A stretch of 64,000 bases of DNA, from assembly GCF_011386835.1 (NCBI RefSeq), contig NC_088800.1, positions 37,882,001 to 37,946,000 of the forward strand. The letters run 5' to 3'. This document shows positions 35,760-46,500 of the stretch, piece after piece (position 1 is the stretch's first letter; every line of letters starts with the position of its first letter). Below the pieces are notes generated by a model. That model worked only from the letters and a program-made list of their open reading frames with translations, did no database searches and was not told the origin of the DNA. Position numbers and translations under genes: made by a program. Origin of the DNA: Chrysemys picta bellii. Taxonomy: Eukaryota.

Positions 35760-37484
35760 CATGAGGTTCTTATTTGGTTGCACAGGACCCATTCATAGCA
35801 GGCAGCAGCCCTACAAATGTCACATATTGTTGGGAGAGGAGACAAAGAATCTGAAACATCTTGTCCCCTCCAAATGCAACAAAGATCAAAAAGAAAATAG
35901 GAAAAAGTATTTTATTGCCTCTGTTTGGAGTGGGGAAGATACAGAAATGAGCAAACACCAGACTGTTTTGCTTCTGCTCACAAATAAATACAGTGGCAAG
36001 CCTAATGGGATTTTAGATTAAAAGATTTTTTTAAAAAATAACCACCTCCACAAATAGAGTTTTATAAGGTCAACTAACAGATGCACAGTAGCAAAGAAAT
36101 CACTAATGTTTTGTTGTCCCTCCTCAGGGAGTCCTTTTCAAGTCTATACTGCTGTCTTCAGGTCCCCTCTTCTAATTCCCTGCTTTAACCCTGACGGTCA
36201 TGCTTCCAGCGGAGGAAGATTGGGTAATAATCCTTTGGGATCTCATCACAGAGCCTCTTATGGGCAGAGTTTTCCAAACAGTTCAGCACTCATGATCAGG
36301 GCCAGATTTTCCGAAGAGCTAAGCCCATTGGGTGTGCAGCTGTCTTGAAAATTTGGGACCCAATAGGTGAAGGGATTTCAGTGGGGTATTTCCAAGCTGC
36401 TGGGACATGAACGAGTTACTTTTGCAGCCTTCCAAGCCTCTTCCCCTGCCCCATGTGCCCAAGACAGGAAGAGTCTCATGAGTGTTGATGCACAAAAGGG
36501 GTGAGAGCACACAGGATGAGACGTAACACAAACCTTAATACATTGCTGTGCTCAGAGTTTTAAGTGTACGTGGCAGGAGAGGATTGAAGAGGCATGGTGT
36601 GTGTTTCACACTGTGTAAAGAAATGGGCAATCGCCTCTCACTGTTTAGAGGTGTCAAGGGCATGCTCTGAAGGATCCTTACGCTGCTGGTAATGTCCACA
36701 TGTTAATGTGTAATAATGATAGTGGCGCATGGATAGGGGAGGGTAAGGGCTGGGCTAATGGTTCAGCCAGAGATGTGTACATAGGCTATTGCTGAGCCAA
36801 TGGCTCAGGAAGGGAGCTGAGGATGTGCTAGTGCTAGGACACTGATTCAAGGAGGGATCAGAACAGGCCAACCGGTAGTCCCCCAAATTCAGATTTCAAT
36901 CTGCAGGCTGGAATTTTCACACCCAGGCGAGGCACTTAGATCCATATTTAAGCACTTGATTTTCAGAGGTGCAGAGTGCCTACAGCAAATACTGACTTCA
37001 AAAGCATTTTCGGTGTTCAGGACCACTGAAAATCAGGCCACTGGCATAGGGTCAGTTGGAAAATTTTGGCCAGAGTTCAATTTTGGAAGCAGACCTAACA
37101 TGACAACCTCTAACTGTGTGTGTCATGCTATATCCTTAGCCCTTATACAGTGCTTCCCATTTCTCTAAGTGCCATTACAAACAGACACTAATTCACCATC
37201 ACTACATTGCTGTGAGGTCTGTGTCCTTTCCCCAGGAGCAAATGAGGCACAGAGAGATCAAGTAACTCACCCCAGGTCACACAGCAAATCAGCAGTAGAA
37301 TGATGCAATGTGATGCCAATTTCATCTCTTCACAATCCCAGCCAAGCAACCCTGGAAGGAGTTTGGGTAAGGTCATTGAGCTTTTATCCCACTGCTTAAT
37401 GAAGGCACATCAATAAGTGACCATACTCCCAGAAGAGATGCACTCTCCAGACTTTGGCTGTAGGTCAGTGCTGGAAGGCAGCAT

Positions 37485-37930
37485 GGTCTATGGGATATGA
37501 CAGTAGACTAAGCATATGCAAACACAGCATGCGATTGCAGTTTGAGCAGACACACCTGAGCTAGCTTTGATCTATCTGTCTTGGGTAGCGGAGCAGTGAA
37601 GCCGCAGTAGCACAGGCGTTAGTGTGCCTAAGCAATTATCCAGGGTCCCGTGCAGGCTCGTATAGCCCACACTGAAGTGCACGCTGTTACAGCTTCATTG
37701 CTCCAGGACCCAACCTAGCTAGATTAAAGCTAGCTCAGGGATGTCTGTACAAAATGCAAACGTACCCTGTGATTGCAGCATAGACGTACCCTAGGAGCCA
37801 GGAAACCTGGGCTCTGCTCCCAGCTCTGATGCTGACTTGTTATATGATACTGGACAGTCTACATTCACTTCTCCATGCTCTGGTTACTCTATCTAAAAAT
37901 AGGGATAATCATTCTTACCCACTTTTGCAA
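37485..37930 (+). mobile_element. MIR-like SINE split by a Harbinger-like MITE (37511-37791)
   Basis: SINE head ggcagcatggtct...; it resumes with ctaggagccaggaaacctgggctctgctcccagctctg after ...catagacgtaccc. Confidence 0.65.
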
Positions 37931-38574
37931 ACCACTCCATAAGGGCCAAATAAGCATTCACCCTGTGTAAGTAATCCTAGTGAAGGCAATGAAACTAACC
38001 CGATGCTGAATCTGGGCCCTGGGTGTCTATCGTTTTGTAACCAAGAAGGCATAACGAGGTTTACAACCATCCTTAAGTGTGCTGGGGAAATGCACTTTAT
38101 TCGTCCCTAGCTATTCTGCATGACTCCACCATTCATCAGCCCGTCATGACCCAGAGAGAACGGTTTCAGCCATTTAGTCCTGCAACAGCCCAGAGAAAAG
38201 TTAGGCAAATCCAGCATTAGTCCCTCCCTAGTGATTGGGGAAGGCCGCTGCAGGCTCACCTACACACACAGCGGTATCCAGCTGCATTTTGACAGGCACT
38301 ACATGGTTCTCCTGTCTCAGAGGACAGAGCTACTGCAAGCCATGCTAGAGGTCCTGTGATTCCAGACCAGTCTCGCTGTGATGCCAGTCTGCAAGCCCTC
38401 TTTGATTCCTTCTCCTGCCCATTCTTCCACACTGCCCTCCCCCTGCCCAGTTTCACCCAACTACCACTCTCTCCTCTCAAATCCCTCTTTGAAACCCATT
38501 TCTTCCAGGAGTTCCAAAGGGACGGAGTTTATAATTAAAGAACAAAGACTCCAATGGTTGTTCTTCTCATTGTA

Positions 38575-38770
38575 ATAGCAATAAAATCCCCGACTGAGAG
38601 CAGGGCTCCATTGCACAAGGTGCTGTACGTACCCATAGTAAGAGACAAGACAGACAATGGGGGAGACAAATGAAGCATCACTATCTTGGTTTTACAGAGA
38701 GGGACTGAGGGACAGGGAAATTAAGTGACTTGCCTGAGGTCACACAGGGCTGTCTGAGGCAGCGCTGGGA
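38575..38770 (-). mobile_element. L2-like fragment plus MIR core
   Basis: tgcacaaggtgctgtac...; ttttacagagagggactgagggacag...aagtgacttgcctgaggtcacacag. Confidence 0.6.
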
Positions 38771-38774
38771 ACTG

Positions 38775-38978
38775 AATGTCATGGTGGATTTCCCACCTCT
38801 GGAAGTCTGTCAATCCAGACTGGGCATCTTTCTAAAAGAGAGACTCTAGCTGAGTGAGAAGTTATTGGCTTGATGCAGAGATTAGTAGGTGTGGTTTTCT
38901 GGCCTGTGTTATAGATAGATGCTAGTCATAAGGGTCCCTTGCGACCTTAAAAAAAAAAAATCTATGAATCTATGATCT
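38775..38978 (+). mobile_element. Old CR1 3' end
   Basis: tggtggatttcccacctctggaagtc...ggcctgtgttat...accttaaaaaa tctatgaatctatga tail. Confidence 0.7.
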
Positions 38979-41159
38979 TCTGAGTTCCAGCCCAGTGTCT
39001 TATCCACAAGGCCATGCTTCCTCCCTAAAACCACTAAATCCTCCCCTTCTCTGCATTTCCAGTGCAGCTGGCCATCTCCAGATATCTTCCAGGCTGTCAA
39101 TTCTTCAGAGTAGAGAACCTGGCTTTATATTTTTGTGAAGAGCGCTGAGCCCTTTGTCAGCGCTGAGCAAATAAATAATCATTCTTTCTCCCTCCCTCTC
39201 TCCGTTGTGCCTATGAGAGCAGCAACTAGATGCCCTAACGGAGAATCTGATCTCCTCTATGGGTTAACTATTCCCTGACCTCAGGGGGAGATTATTACCC
39301 ATTAATGATGATCAAAACCCTAATAAGAGAGGAACATAAAGATGGATCAGAATAAATACATGCAAGCGTAAGTGCCAACTGGGCAAAATATGCAAATCCT
39401 GAGCCGCTGTGGGCTGCTACAGCTTCAACCGCACAGCCACTTAGAATTCTGCAAGAGCCAGGACTTGCTGCTAAGGTACCACTGCTTTGTTTCAGAGCCT
39501 TTTTGAAGTATCTTTGCTTTGTTTCCTCTCGATCAGTCTCCTTTGATGCAGCTATCACAGAGAAGGCTGCGAGTGCTGCAGTTTGCAGATGGTACACAGC
39601 TTCCCTCCCCAGTTAATCAGGCCTGTGGCTTGGAGGCTGGGATTGGGCACAGCTGAGCAAAGCCAGTCCCATCTGCAGAACGAAACCCTGCATGACACCT
39701 CTCTCCTTGTGTGAGCTTGAATTCCCAAGAGCAGGAAGCAGCCATTGCATGCACACTTCCCAGGCATTGTCCAAGCCTCTGCACACACATCCCTCCCCTT
39801 CACCCTGTTCTTCTGCTGTCGTCAGATCCGTTTATTCCATCTCTGCTCAGCGAAGCCATTCTCCTGTCCTCTGATACATCCAAGGAGGCTGATTAGAGGA
39901 GTCCACTCTGGTTTTGCTTCAGTCACCATGGAAATGCTAGTGTGCTTGCTATTTGGGAAGGATCCCAACATGCCTCACAGACCGCACAGCCCAGACAGCA
40001 CTTTGCCAATGTAAGGGGCTGCTGCCCCCACACTGAAATTCAGTGGGGTTTTCGGTTGGCCCTCTTCCAATACCAGGAGAAAGGGGAAGGGCCGAAGAGA
40101 AATCAGGATCCTGAGACTGACAGTTCCCGGGGCCAATGGGAAGAGGCCAATGCTCCAGGTCAGCCTGGTTGACAAGGAAGACAGACCAATGAGGGAGTCA
40201 GGAGCCTGGGGCCTGTCCTCTGTGTGAGCTGGGCTGTGGGCAGAGCAGCAGCAGTGCTGACCCAGAGGAGGCAGAGCTTGAGCAGCGTAGATCAGCCGTG
40301 CCAATGTGGAGCCAGGGCTGAGCTGCAGTGGGGAGCCGTGCGGCCAGAGCAGGGACAGCGGGCGCTGGCCGTGCCACAAGTAACACTGCAGCCGAGCGTG
40401 GGGAGCGGCTGGGGAGAGCGAGAGGGCCCAGTGCAAGGAGATGTCGCCAGACAGGTGGCCTTGAAGGCCAGACTCCGAGGCGGGATGTGACCCCAACGGG
40501 GGGCCGATATTAGGGAGAAAGGTCCTGCCTCCTAGAGCTTGAGGGCATTTGGCCACCGTCACAGCAGGTATCTGACCCCTGGTATCACCACAGCAGGGAT
40601 TTCCCTAGACACCCCCCTGAATTTCCCCAGCCCCTCCCCTCCCCCAGTTTCATGCAGTGTTGCCAATTTAGTTGTTGGTTGGAAATTTCAATTGAAATTC
40701 AAACATTAATACACACTTTAAAAGCATATACAGTATATGAGAAAATACTTGTACCTGAGAAAGCATAATGGGTTTGAAAGTATGAACAAAGACTAGCTTC
40801 CTCATACAGCTGTTACTTATGACAATGTCGGCACATTCGTTTCGGCAATGTTGGCCTACCTTATAATTTCAAATTATGATTTGTAAGCAAGGTCTGAATG
40901 AGCTCTCCCCTGACAGCTAGTGATGAGCCAGGGGAGGTGGGAGAGGCTTCAGGACCAGACTGTATCTACATGAACACACCTACTCTGCCTAGGTATCCGG
41001 CAGACAGAGCTGTGTTGCCCAACTGATCAATTTTGGCTGGTGTTGGGTTACAAATCACTGAAGTATTAAATGTGGGGGTCATGAAATGTTATTATCCTTA
41101 TTGTATAAGTAAAGGGCAGCAGAACTGTACTTAGCCTGACTGAATGAGGGGGTCTCCCT

Positions 41160-41347
41160 CCGTGCTTAATTTGTGCTAGGGTTTGCCAGGGCTGAGCCCC
41201 GGCACCTCTAGGCTTGGCAGTTCATAGCCCTGGCACCTCTGGGCCTGGCAGTTCAGAGTCCTGGCACCTCTGGGCTTACCGCATCAGTTATGAAAGTAAC
41301 AAACTTGCTTGAGCCCCAGCACCTCTTTCATTACAAATTAAGCACTG
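41160..41347. mobile_element. hAT MITE nested in the hAT element
   Basis: TIRs ccgtgcttaatttgt / acaaattaagcactg. TSD gtctccct / gtcaccct (7/8). Internal repeated ggcacctct motifs. Confidence 0.85.
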
Positions 41348-41892
41348 GTCACCCTCAACTGAACTGCACTCCCTAAGCAGGAGGTTTGGATGCCATATCC
41401 TAGTGAAGAGAGAGAGGGTGGGGCACAGGTGTTTTGCTTGGTGGTGTGGGCTCTGCCTAAGAGACACAGGCACTATTTGACAAGTCCCTCTCTCCTGTTT
41501 AGAAAGAGAGTTGATTAGGCTTCATAAGGAGTCTTTTGGTTTGTTAAGTGACCACTAGAGCTGAAACACTGATAATCAGATCTAAGTGCTTAGACCTGCT
41601 GCAGGACAGCATTTCTGTGGAAGAGACAGCCATTGAGACATTGGGGTGGAGCAATAGAGTGAATGGTGGCACAACAAACAACAGCGGTCAAAGCATTGGA
41701 CTATGTTTTAGTGACTTCGCTCCAGAATGCTAGATTTGTGACTGGGAAACTTATATAAATATACATTTCCCAGTAGGCCACGATTTTTAAAATGCATTAT
41801 TTTCCAAGGTCATTATCTCACATAGTCACTATCTCAAGAGATCATTATCTTGGAGAGTTTCTGTACTAAACTTCTTGATTATTATAATTATT

Positions 41893-42555
41893 TTTTATGT
41901 AAGAATGGCATATTGGGTCAGACCAATGGTCCATCTATCCCAGTATCCTGTCTTCCAACAATGACTATTCCAGATGCTTCAGAGGGAATGTACAGAACAG
42001 TGATCCATGCCCTGTCATCCACTCCCAGCTTCTGGCGAACATAGGCTAGGGACACTTAGAGCATGGTGTTGCATCCCCGCCCATCCTGGCTAATAGCCAT
42101 TGATGGACCTAACCTCCATGAACTTAACTAGTTCTTCTTTGAACCCTGTTATAATTTTGGCCTTCACAACATCCCTGGCAAAATGTTCCACGGGTGACTG
42201 TGCATTGTGTGAAGAAATACTTCCTTTTGTTTATTTTAAACTTGCTGCCTATTAATTTAATTGGGTGACCCCTAGTTCTTGTGTTAAGTGAAGGGGTAAA
42301 TAACACTTCCTTATTCATTTTCTCCACACCAGTCAGATTTTATAAGTCTCTATCATATCCCCTCTTTAGTCGTCTCTTTTCAAAGCTGAAAAGACCCAGT
42401 CTTTTTTATCTCTCCTCATACGGAATCTGTTCCATACCCCTAATCATTTTGTTGCCCTTCTCTGAACCTTTTCCAATTCCAATATATCTTTTTTGAGATG
42501 GGGTGACCAGAACTGCACGCAATATTCAAGATGTGGGCATATCATGGATGTATAT
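41893..42555 (-). mobile_element. CR1 LINE 3' portion nested in the hAT element
   Basis: Reverse complement matches 34900-35759. ORF track fragment [26 protein letters not shown]. Confidence 0.93.
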
Positions 42556-43560
42556 AGTAAAAGTGGAGGAGCTTGGTTTGCCACACTGATCAGCTAAGCC
42601 AGTACTGGCAACCTATATGAAAAGGCTGCAAAGCACCATGCCTCTGGACTGCATCAACGTGCAGAAAGCCTTATAAGCCAGTCACTGTCAAAGCCAATTT
42701 TAGAATAACTTAATGAGGCTGTTAAGAATGCTGGAGACACAACTCAGTTTATATGAACCAACGTGGCTGTTGCACCATACTTTCTATTTAAGCAAGAGAT
42801 ACCATACACTACAAACTGGAAGCCAATGTTAAGTGCATTGTCACTTGTTAATCCTGAAGTTGGACACTGGTTTCAAACAAGACTGGCAAATGCTCACTAT
42901 CTTTCTGAAAAAACTCAGCTGACTCTCTAGAAGCATGCGGTGCACTCAGCAGTTGAAAAAGTGAAGAACACTCTCACCATATTCAAAATATGTGCATACA
43001 TGGCTGATGAATGCACCAATGCAAATAGGCATCAAGTATGAAGTCATTGCGTGTGTTATCTTGATGTCCGTGGTAGGCCAGTTGATGCATTCTAGATGTT
43101 CAGGTTATAGAAGACACATCAGCTGCATCTGTGACATCTTAGAAGAGTTAACTGCTTGTAAATTGAACCCCAAACAGAGGGCTGCTTGTGTGTTTGATGG
43201 AGCTACAAACTTCTCTGGAAGACATAGTGGAGTCAAAGCTTTGCTCAGAGAAAAGTGTAACCCTAATCTCTCCTATACACACTGCAGAGGCCATCTACTC
43301 CAGCTAGCGCTAGTACAAGCTGCAGAATCTTCAAAAGACATTAAAAAGCCACAAATTTAATGGCTTTCTTATCCTCTTTTTTTCAGCAAGAGTCCAAAAG
43401 GACTGAACGTCTTGGAAACAAATAGAAGATACACTGGGATTGAAGTTCAAATTAGTCCAACCTGGGAAAACCTGCTGGTTTTCTCATGAGCAATTCTTGG
43501 CTGTTGTCTTAAAATTACTGCAACAGTTATTACTGGCTTTGGAAAGCAAAGAAACCAAGA
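42556..43560 (+). pseudogene. Frameshifted hAT transposase (ZMYM1/Tip100-like)
   Basis: Motifs YMADECTN (atggctgatgaatgcacc, about 43000), FDGATNFSGRHSGV and HCRGHLLQLAL correspond to the hAT DE-T-D, DGA..MSG and C..H signatures. Multiple stops and frameshifts. Confidence 0.85.
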
Positions 43561-46500
43561 ACGATGTAGTTATCGTGCATCATAGTAGGCTTAAATAGCC
43601 AACTTTAATTTGTGTGATTTTAAAGCATGAGTTAAATCTAATAAAATGGTCGTGAAACATATTTCAGTTTTTACTCTGGTGCCATACAGCCTACCTTCGC
43701 CCTCACAGTCTCAACCCTAGTCAGCCCTTACCTCCCCCCCACCCCCGAATATTCCAACCCCTCCCCACCCCCCGCCAAATTTCAATTCCCGGGGGAAAAC
43801 ACTGCACCGCAGCATAGCCAGTGCCTGGGAGGGAGACCTGGGATGTGTGAGGAACAGACTATGAACTTGTCTCACATCCCAGAGACGGCTGGTTGTGGTG
43901 TCCCCGTGCCCACAGGGCAGGGTTCCTTGTTCCTTTAACCTGTTCCATTTTTCCTTATCTTTCCTACAGTTTCAGTTTAATAAATTGCATTTGGTTTGAC
44001 CTTGACAAAGCGATCCGTGGGTCAGGGAAGTGGCCGGTGCAGAGAGAGCACCCCAGAGCAGGGGCACACTAGCCCCTGTCTTAAGACATGACAAGACTGG
44101 AGGTGAAGCCTGCCAGGACTCCTGGGCCAGCCTTGTTGAGGTTACAAGGACTCTGCCACACAGGAGAGTGGAAGGGGAGCCCTCAAGGTCAGGCAGGCCT
44201 CTGGGTAAAGGGATTTGAAGCGAGGACGCAGATCCTTTGTCTTGCTGGTTCCACAGGGGTAGTGCAGAAGCCAGAAAAGTTCCCCACCATAGTGGGACTA
44301 TTCCCCTGCTTACACCTCGCACCCTGGGGTGGAGCACTGAGCAAGCCATGCCAGATTCCACCCATGACTCCCCCTGCAATGGGGTCCCTCTGCACCTCCA
44401 ACTTAAACTCACAATCGGGCCCCACTTCTTCGGTATGAAACAATTCCATCTCAGCCCAGTTCCTTGTGGGCCAGCATCTACCCCACAAAAGACAGGATCA
44501 CAGTGGGCCATAATTGGCCCCTCTGTTTGCAGCCTCAGCAGAGAAAGCAGGGGCTAGCTGGGCACAGAGACTGGGGGCCTTTCTCACCCCAGAGCAGGGA
44601 CCTCCAGAGCAGGCATTGATGGGGCAGCCTGGAGGAAGCGCCGACTGCTGCTGCCTTCAGTCTCTGGATCAGTCAGGCTGGGGTGCGTCTGTAGCAGTCT
44701 CGTAGTGGAACAGGGGACAAGATCCTGCTTTGCAGGCAAGTGGTTACAGGTTTACATCCTGGCCAGTGCTACTGTGGGTGGACCCTCTGTCCTGCAACCA
44801 GAGTTAAACAGCCTAGCGCATGATGCCAGCAGGCTAAGTCTGCTTCCTATTATGAATAACCACCCACTATGTTAAACAAAACCAGCTTTCCATGCCAGTA
44901 CATTGGACTGGGCTCCTTGTCTCCTGAGCCAATGTTTACTCTTCAGTCAAGGTCACAGTTGCCCTGGGATTGAGCTGCAAAGCAGAGAGCAAGTCTTCAT
45001 CTTTATCCTCATCCCAGCCCTTTGGAAAGCCACTTACAAACAAGACAGATTGGGAGGAAATTCTCCTGGCAGCTGGAGAAATCCAATCCATTAAGAGAAG
45101 AAGCCACAGGGACTCCATTCTATGCCCTGTATGGCGCTGGGATCCATCCCAACAGAAGGGCTAAGGGTGAGAATGACCCCAGTACCAAATGGTCCGGTGT
45201 TGTTATTGGAAAGAACAAGCGAGGAGGTTTAATTCTTGGGAAGTCAATTCACTTGCAATATGACTGGATTAGTAACAGGATGCGCTTTAATCGCGTTTAT
45301 CCTCTTATGATCCTATTTTCTGGGCGTCCTGAGTCCCTCTCCCATGTGCTGTGACATCTTTCCTGAGAGCAGCTCCTGCTGCAAGAGGGTGAAGTGCTAC
45401 GAGCGCTCCACTCCATCCCCTCCAGTGCCTCCTGCTGCGCAGGGTGGGGCCTGCAATTGCCATGAACTCCTCCACACCTAGCGTGCCTACACCATTGCCT
45501 CCTGCTGGCCCTGGGGTAGCTGACAGCTCCAGTGCATTGATCCTTCCCTGTTTATAGCCAGTACATACATATGCACAGCAGGCCAGATTGTCAGATACCA
45601 GCTTCCATCTATACAGGCACAAATAACGGTGGGTGCCATTACTTGTGCTCTACTTTAAGCTGCCTAAGTCCCTGAGTATTGTTCAAATTCATAGCACGCT
45701 CAGTGGAGTCTGGACACACAGGGATAAATGTCTATGTGAGTTAAACTGTTTGGACGAATAATTGTGGGTGCCAAATTGCCCCCCCCCCTGCGTTATTCAC
45801 CCCTGACATTTTGCACACACAATAATGCAGGCTGGAAGTCTGGCCCCTTGCGTGACACCGCCTTGTCCCTCATCCGTGCACACGGTGTGTCTGCAGCCGG
45901 CTCCCTCACCCACGCTCAGAGAAAGAGTCATATGTTCTCCTGCCACACCATTCTGCTCTGGCTTCCTCCATCTCTCACTAGCAAGGCTAATCCCACCGGG
46001 GCCATGCAATCCTTCACTGCATCCCCATGAGGAGCGCTGCGCCCCCTGCATTGCTGCTGTTCTAGGAAGATCACTGTGTCCTGTGCCTTGCTGTATGCCT
46101 GCATGGGGCAATGGGCTGCGGTTCTGGCAGGGAGAGAAACTGCTCCACTGTTTCTACAGATCTCAATCCGGTTCCTCTACCTCCTCCTTCCCTCCCAGCG
46201 TGGCTGCCTCCCCCCACTCCCTCCCCACGGGCATACAAAGGAACTGTGGCAACTACCAGGCACCCAACTTGCTGTTTACTCAGCTTACCCCTGCTGCAGC
46301 CTCTCTCCCTTCCCTGGCAGCCAGTGATGAGAGGAGAGGCCTGTGAGTTAATTAAAACGACATCTTTGCTTGTAAAAGGAGATAGAAAACATTATGCATG
46401 AGAACATGGGAAAGTCTGGGCCTGGGAAAAGGTATTTTATCTTATTAAAATTCATCCAAGGCACGTCCTCATTCCATTTTAATACTCTGCACACTGAGAA

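Larger units (their letters stand above)
40594..43804 (+). mobile_element. hAT (Tip100/Zaphod-like) DNA transposon with both ends
   Basis: TIRs CAGGGATTTCCC / (rc) CAGTGTTTTCCC. 8-bp TSD caccacag (40586-93) / caccgcag (43805-12). Internal transposase remnant. Confidence 0.85.
40010..44314 (+). mobile_element. Solo LTR (about 1.1 kb net) interrupted by a hAT element
   Basis: TGTAAG at 40010 and CTTACA at 44309-14 form inverted termini. AATAAA at about 43977. No convincing TSD. Confidence 0.55.

Noticed and set aside
45095-45135. ATGTPFYALYG, resembling a Gypsy integrase C-terminal motif
   Set aside because: An isolated 11-residue match with no flanking integrase core or LTR context.
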